In this document: positions 12,155-24,740 of the stretch, piece by piece | How positions within the stretch are numbered: the stretch's first letter is position 1 | How the letters are laid out: every line of letters begins with the position of its first letter | NCBI GenBank assembly: GCA_047495785.1 | Contig: JBLDXI010000003.1 | Location: 4,216,001 to 4,280,000 of the forward strand | Direction: 5' to 3' | Source of the DNA: Lepidodermella squamata | Lineage: Eukaryota; Animalia; Gastrotricha | Length of the DNA: 64,000 nucleotides | Program-made: the position numbers and the translations under genes | The notes under the pieces: model-generated | Databases searched by the model: none | Told to the model about the DNA's origin: nothing | Seen by the model: the letters and a program-made list of their open reading frames with translations, nothing else

Positions 12155-12679
12155 TCAAGTTTCCCTTGTTGTCGCAAGTCCACGATAAGGGCTTTCAAAA
12201 GAGCTTTTCTCAAAACATTCGTGCCACTCGAGCGGTACGCCATAATGCCTGCAGATGTTGCGGAACCCGTGAACTTTTGAATTTCCGTTCGCCGACGTGA
12301 ACAAGTACTGCTCGTTGCCTATTGAAGCAGTAAAAATACAATATTTGTGTTCGAGGCGGTGAAGCGATTCTACTGCAGAGAAATTTGATCTAACTATTGC
12401 AGCTTGGTCCAGAGATAGTAAAATTCTGGAGTGGTGTACCATGATCCAGGCGGAGTTTTCGATCTAGCTGCTCTTGGCGAACTTGGCTTTCTCTCGGCGC
12501 AGAAATTTCTCCGCGTCCAATGATAGAAAACTGATATTTCTTCGCTGAGTTCCAATCAAAAGCGCGCTAAATTATTATTAGAACAAAGAATCATTTCGAC
12601 TCGGAAGTAGCCGAAAATTCACACCGGTATCATCTATACGGGCAGCATTACCACGCAACCGCAGATTGTCTCTATTCAT
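12155..12679 (-). CDS. uncharacterised 130-aa protein (3-exon model)
   Basis: Exons 12679-12623, 12566-12395, 12318-12155 joined in frame by GT-AG introns of 56 and 76 nt; acceptor 3 nt before the ATG; no family recognised. Confidence 0.5.
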
Positions 12680-13501
12680 GTCCTGTAAAAGCTTGAATTC
12701 AAAATAAGTATGGATTTTTATGTTACTTAGGTCAAACGCATGTAATCGTAGAAACAACCCGCAAAATTCAGCTAGAAGATTTATTGCAGCTTTATCCGGT
12801 TGTCAAACAATAGAGACAGAAAATTACAATGTTAATCCTTGTTTAGAAATACAAAATTTTATCAGACTGTTTTTTCTTGATAGAATTCGTCGGTGAACAT
12901 TTGATCGCACGCCGTTTCACGACGTCTCGTACGCGGAAGCATCAGCAGAATCGCACTTTTGGATAATATAATATCAACAAGCATACATTATGAAGTAGTT
13001 GCTGACCATTTTTGTGTATAAAAAAACAAACGAGACGAAGAAAAAGAAAGAAAGAAGAACCTCGGCGCATGCTATGAAATAATCAGGCATAAAATACTTT
13101 GTAATATGCATAGAATTATACGTCTGACAAAATTAGAGCTTTCAGGTAGAAAACAGGTTACAGCATCTCTCTTCTTACATATATATTGCGGTGATACATT
13201 TATATAGGTAAGTATGTTGTTCTTTCATAAAAAAGTGAAAAATTATTATTGATGAAATAATAACAATATTCTCATGCGAAAATCGCAGTGGTCAGCAGTA
13301 TAGACGAAGCCCAGCGGGACAGGTTTGCGTAGCCTGACTGTGCGCGAAAAGCGAAGCTTTCAGCAAAAAGCAGTAGAAAATTAGCGGTTATACCTCTTTT
13401 CCCTTTTCAGACATCATGTCATTTCAATCAAGTCAGATGAAAAAATTATGTTTTAAAAAATTATGCAAAGATTGCAGAGCAAATGTAAGCCGGTCGGTGT
13501 T

Positions 13502-14339
13502 TCACACCCAGACTGGTTGAGCAGCTGGAACCGAGGCAACTGTATTGTCCCCAGAATCTAAAATACAAAGCCGCTACAACAATGCTAGGGCTACAGCCAA
13601 AGCGAAACAAACCTCCGTTAGTATGAGCATGGCCATTTTTGGCGATACCGTTGGCCAATCCGGCGGACGACTTGTTGAGATTGTTTTGATACTCGGAGAT
13701 TTGCAGCTCGGCCTCGGCGATGCGTTCGCGGTACCGCTCGATTGCCGATCGCAGCGAACGCTCAGTTTCGCGCTGTTGCATCAACAGCTCGGGCAACGCA
13801 GCTTGCTCAAGCTCCTTAATCTCGGCCGTTACCCTGCTGAATTCATCGGCGAGAAGCGATTTACTAGGAGAAATCGTCTCATCGCCATAACTCTCCGCCT
13901 CTAGTAACAAACTGCGGTTTTCAGCTTCGAGCTGTTTCGCCAGTCGAGTTACGACTCGCAACCTAGCCGCTTGTTCTTTCGTCTCCAGCTTAAGAATAGC
14001 CCGTCTTCGCCGCGCAACGGCCCCATTCGAATTCACCATACCCGGTTGCTGCAAGACCAGTACCAGGCAGCCATCGGCGGGGAATGATAGCGCAGGCCTA
14101 GAGGTTATTTGCCGACGCCAGTTTCTTAGAACTTGCAGGATTTTTGCCTCTGGTGGAATGAAAATCGGTTCGACAGCTCCTGATCCATCGTTGAAGCTGT
14201 CACGCATCAGCAGCAGGCTGTAAGTGCCTGGCTGCGAGCGAAATCGGGCGATGGCGGTGACCAGCTCGCGGCATATTGTTCGTTCGGTGACGCCGGAGAT
14301 GATGCGCGGCCGTCCGTCGACCAGGACTGTCACCTCCAT
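13502..14339 (-). CDS. RASSF8: N-terminal RASSF protein (RASSF7/8)
   Basis: N-terminal RA domain MEVTVLVDGRPRIISGVT, coiled coil; removing a short intron (about 13558-13612) gives C-terminus …QPVWV*, a PDZ-type motif. Confidence 0.85.
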
Positions 14340-14504
14340 AGACGAGGCTGCGTCCTAAGCACAACAATTTTTCTAATCTACCTAGAAAAAATGAACAAAA
14401 AATTAAGGCGAATTAATATAAAAATTCAGCTTTTATTCAGCACAAAATCACTGGAATTGCAGAAAGCAAGAAACGTTTGTAGAAAATTCTAACGTAGGTT
14501 CATT

Positions 14505-16985
14505 TTAGTGATGGTGGCAGAAATAGCCGAAAGTTTCGAGCAGCAGAGGACTCACGGCACTCGCCAGATTTTTCGAGGCTGGAGCGATCGCGGGTGGCAG
14601 GGTCGATTCGCCGTCTTTAGATAGCGCCTCCACCACCACGCCATCAAGTTTCAACTCGTCTTCATTCGAAGTTGCTGCGATGATGAAATCACGAACTGCA
14701 GCAGTAGCCGCTGTCAGGGTGTGTGGGGTAGGCGTGCATTTCGGGCCACCGGCAACCAGGGCGGTGGCGACAGCCGCAACCGCATCACACAGCATATCGG
14801 CAACAGGGCCCGAGGACCACTCAACGAGCAAATAGCCATCGACAGTGCCCAACGCAGGGTCGATTTTCGGGTTACGCATGAACGAAATTTGCAGTGAATC
14901 GCAGAACAGTTTGAAAGCGATAACTGGACTGGTAGCCGGGTCGGCGGCTTTCTCGTCGGTTCCAATGACCTGGACATCTCCGGTCATTTGGCCGAGCGCA
15001 ACGTGCAGAGCTTCGATTTGCAACGAGGAAAACGGCACGGTCATGCGTTGGCGCAGGGTTGCGGTTTGCAGGCCGGCTGTTGCGTGCAGTTCGCTCGAGT
15101 CGACGATGGTGAGGCGGTAGTTGCGTTTGACAGCGACGCCTGATATGCGCTGGCCTGCGCTGGGCGGCAGTTCGGCGAGTCGACCAGCGACTTTCGCCAG
15201 CTTTTCGCCGCGAAAGCGAAACTCTACTGCCTGAGTATTGCGCGGCGTGTAAATACGCATGGGTAGGACGCGCTGTGTCGTGCCCGTCGCCACTTCGCCC
15301 CCCTCAGGCCCGGCCGCCGCCGCAGCTGTCGACTCCTCCTGAAAATGATGCGCAAAACAACAGTAAGTCAATGCCACCAGCAGAAAAACACGTGAAAACA
15401 CCATTCATGCGCACATACGGCCGCGTGGTCGGCATTCAAACGGCCACTTAGCGCACTACCAAAAATATATATAGTACACGTCTAGTGACAATAGCCACTA
15501 GGGCTTGACATTGTCACAAATAATTATTCACGCAGCATACTTAATGCGACTTAAAAATTCAGCAGATTTGTTTCAATCACGCCACCTTAAAATAACAATA
15601 AATCTAACCTGCTGACGATCGAGCGCCGCTTTCAAGCGGGACATTTCAGTCGCCTCGCCGTGAACGAGAACAACATGCGGTGGGCGAATCGCTTGAAGAA
15701 ATTGTGAAGTTTGAGCAAAATCCGTGTGGGCTGAGAATGATACGTAGTCGACAGAGCAGCGCATAGGCAGACGGAACCCGCCGCCGCCCATCGCCGGCAC
15801 CTCGGTCGGGTTCGATAGAATCGTTTTAGCCAACGTGCCTTCGACGCAGTAACCAGCAATGATAACTCCGTTTCGCGTATCAGGGCACCAACGTTCGAAA
15901 AGCTCGCGGGAGAGGCCAGACTGTAACATACCCGGGCTGGCCAGCACCACGCAAGGCCCAGCATCGTCCAACTGCTCGGCAGTTCTAATCGAAGCAATGT
16001 GTTTGAAGACGAAAGGATTCGTGCCAGCTGCTAGTTGCCGCCTCATTCGCTCATTCATAGCGTGGGCAAATGTTTGATAAACTGAAAGACACTTCTTCGC
16101 CAGCTGAGATGCGTAGTAAACAGGCACGTCGTGCAGCTCAGGGTGATTGGCCCAGTACTCGTCGAGAATCAACAGAAGCTCCTGGGTTCTGCCCAACGCG
16201 AAAACAGGCACCAAACATCGCCCGCCTCGGTTGATGATATTATGAACCAAGCCCGTAAAACGATTTTCGCGCTGGTCGCGATTGTCGTGGACGTGGGTGC
16301 CATATGTCGCCTCGACAACGGCAACGTGCGGGCGGGAAGGCGGGATCTCAGCCGCCATTAAATGTCGATCTTCCTCGCAGCTGAAATCGCCGGTGTAGAG
16401 GACACGCACACCCGCAATTTCGACATTAAACATCGCCGCGCCTAACACATGGCCGGCCTGGTAAGACGAGAATCGAATTCCATCGCACTCTACTTGCTGG
16501 TGAAAATCGACAGTAGAAATTCGACCCATCGATTTTTCGACATCTTGCTCAGTGAATAGCAAATCATCAACCGCGAGATGACTGACTCGAATGAAATCAG
16601 CGAGTAGCCACCTGTAAATCGCCTTGGTCGGATGAGTCATGTAACACTTGCCTTTGAAATTTGTGTTCTTGAAGAACCAAGGCAAAGCGCCGCAGTGGTC
16701 CAAATGGAAATGAGTAATCAACAGTAGATCAATTGTTTCCGGGTCAATTATTTCAAAAATCGGCAAAGCGTCATGCCCTTGCCTACCGGGGTGAATGCCG
16801 CAATCGAAGAGAATTCGCTTGTTTTTGTACTCGAGCAAAACGCAAGATCGGCCTACTTCTTGCCCAGCTCCCAATGGTCGAATGATCAGTCGATCCGACT
16901 CTTCGGCGGGAACGGCCGAAGCACCAGTAGTAGCGACATTGCCACTTCCGTCAATAACAACAGACGGGCCGCGATTTCTCTTCAT
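14505..16985 (-). CDS. CPSF3: cleavage and polyadenylation specificity factor 73 kDa endonuclease
   Basis: [23 protein letters not shown] motif, beta-CASP domain; intron 15339-15608; second exon carries the CTD motif [15 protein letters not shown]. Confidence 0.95.
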
Positions 16986-17028
16986 GTTAACAAAATCTAA
17001 TCAACAAGAAAGTTCGAATAAAAAATAT

Positions 17029-18097
17029 TCAATCTTTAACGACTTGGCACTTCAAATCAACAACGACATGTCGAAGAAGTGGTCCGTAAAACTTGACGTT
17101 CGAGACAAACGAGCAAGTCACAGCCCATTTCGAATTTGGATGGGCCAAGGGCAACAGCGAGGAGAAACGAGTTATACATCGATTAGCCTCAGCCAAATTT
17201 GGATCGACCCCGCCAAGTTTTGACAAAGCTTCGGGGGTTAAATCGACTAGTGAATGGACGTGAATTACCCCTCCTGTAACAGGCGATAAGGCCCGACAAG
17301 CGGCTGGCCAGGCCAGTTCGGAACTTGGGATGAGTCCGAGAAAAACCCGTTGGCACACGCCAAGCGGCACGGTCAAGCGGCAGTCTCCTTCGTGAATGAC
17401 ACACCTATCAGGGTCATCGACGTGGTTATCTTTCAGATTACGGTGGAGGGCTTTGATCGCCGCGGGGTTCCATTCGCAGCAATGTAATAACTTTAGCTTA
17501 GTTTTAGGGCATTTAACGAGGAGACTCAACGTGAAATAACCGATCCCTGCAAACATATCGACGGCAATCTCACCGCCGGGAATAACCGGATCTGTATTGA
17601 CTAGTTCGGCGAGGCGCGCTTTTTCCGAAAAATTCCCGACGCTGAACATGGACCGGGTAGCGTCGAATGAGTAAATAATGCCGTTTTCCCGTTTTGTCAC
17701 CCAACACTCATCGGTTGAATCTGATTTAAGATCAGGCGATCGCCATACAAGGGTAACATCTGGCGAGCGGAATTCATCATCCTTAACGCCTCGATATAGG
17801 GCAATTCTAGTAACATGCAACGCAGAAGCAACAGTGCTCCAGATTCTTTCGAAGCCTGAAATTGAGGGAAAATTCGACAAAAATTGATTCAGAAAATAAT
17901 ATGAAATTACCAATGCTCGACCAAAGGCTTGATGTGAAACAGGAACCTTCACGAATGAAAATTAAATCCCCGAATAGTTTCCATTTTCGAGGTAGGTCGT
18001 GTTCCAAGTCTGGCGTCCAGTCTAGTCCGCTGTCAGCGGCAAGTTGTGCCAGACTGTTTGCAACCCTGAGGGCTGGATTAATCGGCTTGTTTCTCAT
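17029..18097 (-). CDS. TRMT12: tRNA wybutosine-synthesizing protein 2
   Basis: DLPRKWKLFGDL, ENGIIYSFD, MFSVGNFSEK, DMFAGIGYF, EWNP, LGLIPSSE; one intron at about 17857-17910. Confidence 0.9.
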
Positions 18098-18844
18098 GGC
18101 AACATCAATTAATCAAATTGTGCTCCTAAAATATGAAATAATGACAACAGTACAATAAATGCTGCTGAATTTAGTGGTTACAGTTTTTATTCACAATGCG
18201 CGGAGGCCAACGCGCGCGCGCAAAACGCACGCGAAAACGAACAACGAAGAGCGTAAAACAAAAGATGACGGCGATGAAGACACACGGTAGCAAGCGAAAT
18301 TGACACTAACTCATACCATAAACGCAAGTACACACACTTGGCATTAGTGTCGCTTCTCGCAGCAGCAATCGAATGAACTAACATAATGTACGCTAATTGT
18401 TACAAGTGGCTAAATGATAATGCGGCATTATTTATTTTCATAATATTAACAAGCGGCATAAATGAAACTTAATGATGAGTGCTCACAACTTCTGCGAAGT
18501 CGCCTGGGATATATTTATTTCATATTTTCACTGCGGTGAGTGCCAAGCTACATATCACGTTTCACGCGTCGTTTTTGACTGAATGAAGGCACCACCAGAT
18601 GATGATGATGATACGCGGCAAGATACATATACACCAATTCAAAGGAAGTGGTATACCTACAAAAACAATGAGAACGAATCAATTGCCACGCACGCACACG
18701 AGAGATACATCATTCGCCAAAAAAAGAAGAAGAAAAATCGTCATCACAACATCACCTATCGCTGCTTGTAATCACACACGTTTTTCTTTTGAATGTTATC
18801 TATTCTGCCTAGCTTCACCGCCTGTTGTTTGTCTGTTGTCTGGT

Positions 18845-19476
18845 CTAATCGTCGCCATGCTCGCTTCCACTGCGACCGTCGTCCGATTCGCGACGTCCGT
18901 TGGTCGCATTTCCGTTGTCGTTTGCGTGATTCGCAGGGCTGCCAGACCTAGAACGGCTCCTGGACCTGAAAAAATGTGGTTAAACAGATTAGACACGCCA
19001 TTTCGACGAGATATATTTCGCAGAAAAGAACTGAAATTGATTTCTCTAGCGCGATCGAGTCGACTTGCATGAATCCTATCGGTCGGAAAAGCCGCTAATA
19101 GCACTAAATTCAGTCCCGCTTTCGACTTAAACCCGTAATTCGCTATTTTACCTGTCGGGATACACCTTTCATAGCTTTGATTTGATGGTTTGAAAATAGT
19201 AGTAGTATTTTGTTTGCGATAGTTGTCGGCGTTGGTGGTGAGAGTGCGAGAGAACAAATCATCGACAGCGCCCAACGCACGAAGCAACCTCGACGAGAGA
19301 CAGACATCGACCTTCGAACAGCCAACTACCCGAAAAGAATGGGTGAGCAGCGCGCGCGCAGTTCGAACGAGAATTTGTGAAATTGAACGCGGTTTGTCTG
19401 AATGGTCTGGGGCAATTTTAGCCACACTGTCTCGTAGTGGTAGTATCAGTCACACGGTGAAAGTTCAGATTTTGTA

Positions 19477-19508
<32 letters not shown>

Positions 19509-20279
19509 TTGGTTTGTATATTGATAGTTTTGGGAGGAGTAGTTTTCGGCTTGTCTCGAAACGAGCTAGTACCGCTAGTCAACGCATCGTAATAAATAAC
19601 AACAAACAATATTTCAAAACCAAAACAATCGAGAAATGCGGAAAATTATTGAGAACAGAACGAAAAAAACGAGGAAAAACTGCTAATGAAATTTTAAGGT
19701 GGAGCGGAACATACCTCGCAGCTGGTGAAGGGCTGCGGCTGTCATTTCTGCGCTTTGCGCGATCAGCTGATGAACGGCTAGCCGGGGGTGGCGAGCGGGA
19801 ACGGGAGCGAGAACGGCGTGAAGGGCGGCGGGGCGAGCGGGAGCGGCGGCGCGGAGGAGGGCTGCGGCTTCGGCTGCGACGGTCACCGCCACGGTCGCGG
19901 CGCGAATAGCCACCGCGGTCTCGTTCCAAATCGCGACCGTGAGGCGTGCCCTTAGCCAGCTCGACGATCACACGCTCGCCGCACAAATCCTTACCGTTCA
20001 GATCGTACACCGCGTCTTCAGCATCACGAGGATTATCAAAGTCCTGCACAAAACCAGCATTATATCAGTTTTCTCAGAGAAACGAATGGACTCACCACAA
20101 AACCATAACCATTCTTGAGCTGTACATCAACGATTTTTCCGTAGCCTTTGAAAAATCGTTCGACATCACGTTGAGTCGCACGGTACGACAAACGACCAAG
20201 ATAAATTCGAGATCGGACAGGCTAATTCAATTAAAAAAATTAGAAAACCAGAAATAAGAGAACGTAAAAACCTTACCAT
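18845..20279 (-). CDS. SR splicing factor (SRSF4/5/6-type RRM plus RS domain)
   Basis: ATG-only exon 1; RRM RIYLGRL…KNGYGFV|[18 protein letters not shown]; RS repeats; last exon 18965-18845 ([11 protein letters not shown]…GDD*) after a 749-nt intron. Confidence 0.9.
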
Positions 20280-20685
20280 GCTGCGTTAATCCTTAATAAG
20301 ACTCAAATCTCACTTAACAGCTCTAGAAACAGACGAAATGAAGATAAATCAATTCTGTCGCTTTTACGCAAAAAGGAATATTTTCCGGAATGAAACAAAT
20401 GGAACAACAAAACAGGCACTGAGGATTGCCGTCGCCAGAAAAAGAAGTCTCAACAATGGAACGTTGAAAAAGTAGTAATTTGTGAGCAAATATTATCACT
20501 TCGTTGATAGTAATCATCATATTATTATTGATTTAACTAACGGATTTTTCACAAACAATGGAAAGAGACATCGCTGGAATTGCTGTTTCTTTATGGCGAT
20601 TCGACTAGACTTGCGCGTATAAAAGACACAAAAATTATAGGAAATATTAAAATTTTCGATTTTTTTTATGGACGAGTGTGGACTC

Positions 20686-23326
20686 TCAATCACCGAGCAG
20701 TTTTTCCACGTCACCAGGAAAATCACAAAGTGTCTTGATATCCGAGTTTGAAATAAGCATCGCCAAATCAGGCGACGCAGGCGCGTGATTGAACAAATCT
20801 GAAAAACCCATTTCTGATCGACAAATGAAATGAAAATTGACCAAATGACCAAGTACCTGAGACTTCATCGACGCAGAAATTCGTAACAAAATTGTGGTGG
20901 TGGCGCGAAAATGACAGAAATTCCATGCGCTCTCGTTCACGGCGCAGCTTTAACAGCAAAAAGCGACGCATCAACTTAGCATGAACCCTCGCTGCCAAAT
21001 TGAGCCTGGGCGCCAAAAATTTGACTTTGCCACCCGCGGCATATCGCTTATCGATCTGCCGCATGTCGTGCAAAAATGGCGGAGGTAGATTGTTGATATC
21101 CGAACTCGGTTGCTTGTTCGAGTCTGGATAGTGGTTGTAGCGCGATCGATGCCGCTTCAGGTCGCCGGGTCGGAAAAATCGCGATGGGCATACACCACAC
21201 GCCAAAGAGCTCAGCGGATCAGCTTCGGTTGGCTCTCGCCTTTCGAAAGCATTTTCATCGCCGTGTCGACGCAACGCGTGCTTCTTCATGTCAGTGTAAC
21301 GATCAGTGCGATAAGGGCAGTGTTTGCAAATGCACTGAAGATTCGAGTTTGAGGTAGCTGAAGTCGGTCGAGAGGAATTGGACGAGCTTGAAATTACAGA
21401 AATCGCGTCGTGCATTATCGGTTTTTGCTGCAGCTGGTCATTCAGGTGAAACGAGGCTAAATGGGTCAGTAAGTCGAATTGCTGCGATGTCACGAACCCG
21501 CAGTCTGTGAAGTGACACGTGTTCACCGCTGTGTTCTCAGACCTCGGAAAATGAGCATGTGCATAATGAACAGCCAGCTGCAGGTAGTCTTTCGCCGTTT
21601 CCTGGCACGACGGACACTTAGCAACGGAACCGCGTTTACACGCATAGGCACTACTATCGGGTCGAAAATGGTGTTTCCGGCCGAGGTGTATCATCAGACT
21701 GCGAAAAATACCGGTCGAAAACTCGCCGCATTTCGGGCAATGCAGCTTGAAACTACTGCTGTCGTCCCCAGCAATAGGCTTCTCCTCGGCATTTTCCGCA
21801 TCGCTGCCAGCAGATATATTACTAACGTTCAAATCCTCGCCTTCTTCAACAGTCGCGAGAGTTCGTCGAATGTTCGACCGCAAAATCCGGCCGGTTTGAT
21901 TTTTGTAATTCTCAAACATGGTGTTAGACACCTGAAGACCGTCAATCATTTTGACAGGAGGAGGACTGGTCTCCACTCCCGTCAGCTGGTTCATCACCCT
22001 TTGTGCTAAATGCGCGATTTCAGTAGGATTTAAATCTTCGTTACGGTGTATTGCCGAGATGAAACTTCCGAGAGATTCAACCAGCAGTTTTGTCTGATCG
22101 TTAGATAACGACCCGCAATTACTGTGACTGTCGCATTCGTCATCAACAGCGCTAAAACTGAGATCGGCATCAATTCCATGAATCGTTTTCAGAGTTATCA
22201 ACTCCTTCGCCATAGCGGAATTTTTCTTCTGGTAAGTGGCAAGCTGGCTTTCAGCATTGTTAACCCGCTTCTTCAGCTGAGCCAACTCTTGCCGTAACGA
22301 CGCTAGTGTCGCCTCGCTTTTACAGCGTTCGCCGTCACGGGTTTTCGTTTCGTTGAGCAATTTTTCCCGAACACTTTTCAGCTCAGCTTTCAGTATGGCC
22401 TCGGCTCTTTTTGATAGCGACAGCTCTTTACGGAGCCTTTCCACCGCTGAGCCGTCGTGCGAGGCCGAAGATGTTTCGCTGCCTAATAGGCACTCCTTAA
22501 CAGCCGCGAATACATTAGGGCTCGCGCGGCTAGAAGCAAGTTTTCGCGCTCGTTTCTTCTTAATAGCCGAAACAAGACTGGGCGATGTTTTAATTGAACG
22601 CTTGGAAGGCGATGACGATTTCAACGGTTTCAAGTCAGCACCATCTAACAGTGCTTTTTTCAACCTCGGCTTTTTCAGGTTTTTTGCTGCTGGTTGCGGT
22701 TCAGGCATCACCTCCGATGACTCATTCGGAGGTAGTTCAACTATTTCTACCACGCCATCCTTCAATTGCGGCTTATTTAGCGGAGGGATCAGCGTGGATG
22801 TAAACTGATCCGGGTCGGAGGCTGAGTGCTCAGTTAACGTTGAAATAGGCGGCAGCTGTGGTCGAGGATTGAATAGGCTATTTGAGGCACGATTAGATGA
22901 TGATCTAGACTGAACGATTACGACAGGGTTAGCCGTTTTCACCGGCTCTTGTACAACAATTATTCTGGAGTTGCAAGTTGGAACACTTTGTGAGTATTGG
23001 GAAGGATTCATTTGAGCTCTGAAAATTTGCTGCTGTTGCTGAGGTAAAACCGATCTCGTAGGAGCTGATTGCTGCTGAACGGGCACTTGATTCAAAGGCA
23101 TACCATACGGGTATCGAAACGTCGGCTGCGGGACTATCGGACCATTATTTGATATCGCTGGGCCGGAAGTGGAGATTAAATTTGAAGAACTCGTTGAGCT
23201 TGAGGCAGCGAGATTGACCGGTCGCAGCAGACCGATCGATGTCTTGAGCAGTTCGTTGATCGGCGGCAACTTTGATTGCTGCAGCAACATGGGAAGCTGC
23301 TTGCTCCCACCGCTGTTCACACTCAT
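20686..23326 (-). CDS. coiled-coil plus multi-C2H2 zinc-finger protein
   Basis: Q/S/P-rich N-terminus, coiled coil, five C-x2-4-C…H-x3-5-H fingers; a short terminal intron leads to …EKLLGD* at 20686. Confidence 0.8.
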
Positions 23327-23439
23327 TTTTCAAGTAAACATTTCTAAACCCTACAAAACATAAAATCACTTGAAATTTGAGCAATGAACTTCTGGCAAAA
23401 TAAAATAATATCGAGAAAGCGCAACAACAACAAGATTGA

Positions 23440-24025
23440 CTACTTGGTGAACGGGTCGACTGTGACGACACAAGCTAGAACATCAGCGCTCAACTTTTTC
23501 TTCGACTTCTCAGGCTTCTCATCCTCAGACGAAGAAGATGACGATGACGATGCATCTTTTTGGCGCTTCAGCTTCAATTCTTTAGCGCGCTTGTTATGAG
23601 CCTCTGTTTGCTTAACCAAGTCTGTCTTCTTACTCTCGAATTCGGCTTCTGTCGACGGTAGAGGGACTTTCGAACTAGAGAGTAGATGCATTTCAGCGGG
23701 CGGATGTAGGAAACCTTTCAGTTTCTTCGACTGCATAGGCAGCGTTTCATCGTCAGATTTTTCACAGAACTCCAGCTCACTACGCGACAGAAAGCCAAAT
23801 GACATCGAAACCGAGTGAACTTATCGATCAATACCTATCGAGATAGCTGAAGAGCTTTTTGGCGAGAAATTTCTTCTGCTCAGCATCTTCATCCTTCGTT
23901 TCGTCCACAGGCTTGATTTCCGGCTTTTTGGAGCCACAAAACGCCGGATCTACCGCACTAGCGAATTTCGCACGGTCTTCATCTTCGCTAGATGAATCCG
24001 AAGAACTTTTCGCCTTTTTCGGCAT
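23440..24025 (-). CDS. CUSTOS: protein CUSTOS (C12orf43-like)
   Basis: SSDSSSEDE…FASAV, FLAKKLFSYLD, second S/E tract followed by ACVV; 2 exons. Confidence 0.65.
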
Positions 24026-24116
24026 TATAACTTGTCTAAACAGCCAAAAAGACGAAATTCTAGTAAGTTCGGTTGTTTTCTTCCGACAGTATACGAATTA
24101 GTAAAAATGGAATAAT

Positions 24117-24610
24117 TTAGGCTTCGACATCTTCGTCGTCTTCGCCTTTCAGATGAGCATGGACTTTGCGCGTTTCAATAATGGCAGTAGCAGTTAAGTG
24201 GAGCAATTCACGAATTCTTCCAAGCAACTGATCGCCACGATCGGTGACTTGCCGCAACTTCTCAGCCGTTTGCAAGCCTTCAGAATTAGCAGCTGTCAAT
24301 GTACGACCCTGCAGCTCAGGGGTGAGATCATCGCTAGGTAGGGCATCGATCAGAGTTTCGATATCTCGAGAAGATCTAGCGATCAACTGGCCGAAAAGCG
24401 CAGCCAAATCTACCAGCATAATACCGAAATAGCCATTGAAGATATTGAAAACTGAAGTTACATACCGTCATTTTGCTGTTGAGCCGCATCGCCTAACGCA
24501 CCCGTTTCTCCAACAGCACGAGCTGATTGTTGAAGAACTCCAATCGCATTGCACATATGTTCGGCAAGCTCATTCATTTTGAATTGAAGCTGAGAAATTC
24601 GATCCGCCAT
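24117..24610 (-). CDS. MED21: Mediator subunit 21
   Basis: MADRISQLQ…LAEHMCNAIGVLQQ and IARSSRDIETLIDALP; 2 exons. Confidence 0.92.
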
Positions 24611-24740
24611 CTCAAGCGAAGATTTAATAAATCACCTAATTAACAGAGACGATGCGATTTTAAAACCCCTTTTCGCCTTCAACTGGCTTTGTCAGTTTCT
24701 TATAAAATGTGGACAAAATTTCTATTAATAAATGTGAATG

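Noticed and set aside
14505-15404. Separate 299-aa secreted protein
   Set aside because: It is exon 2 of CPSF3; the apparent signal peptide is intron sequence
18599-19909. 157-228 aa ORFs near the SR gene
   Set aside because: They are antisense or off-frame over the SR intron, last exon and UTR
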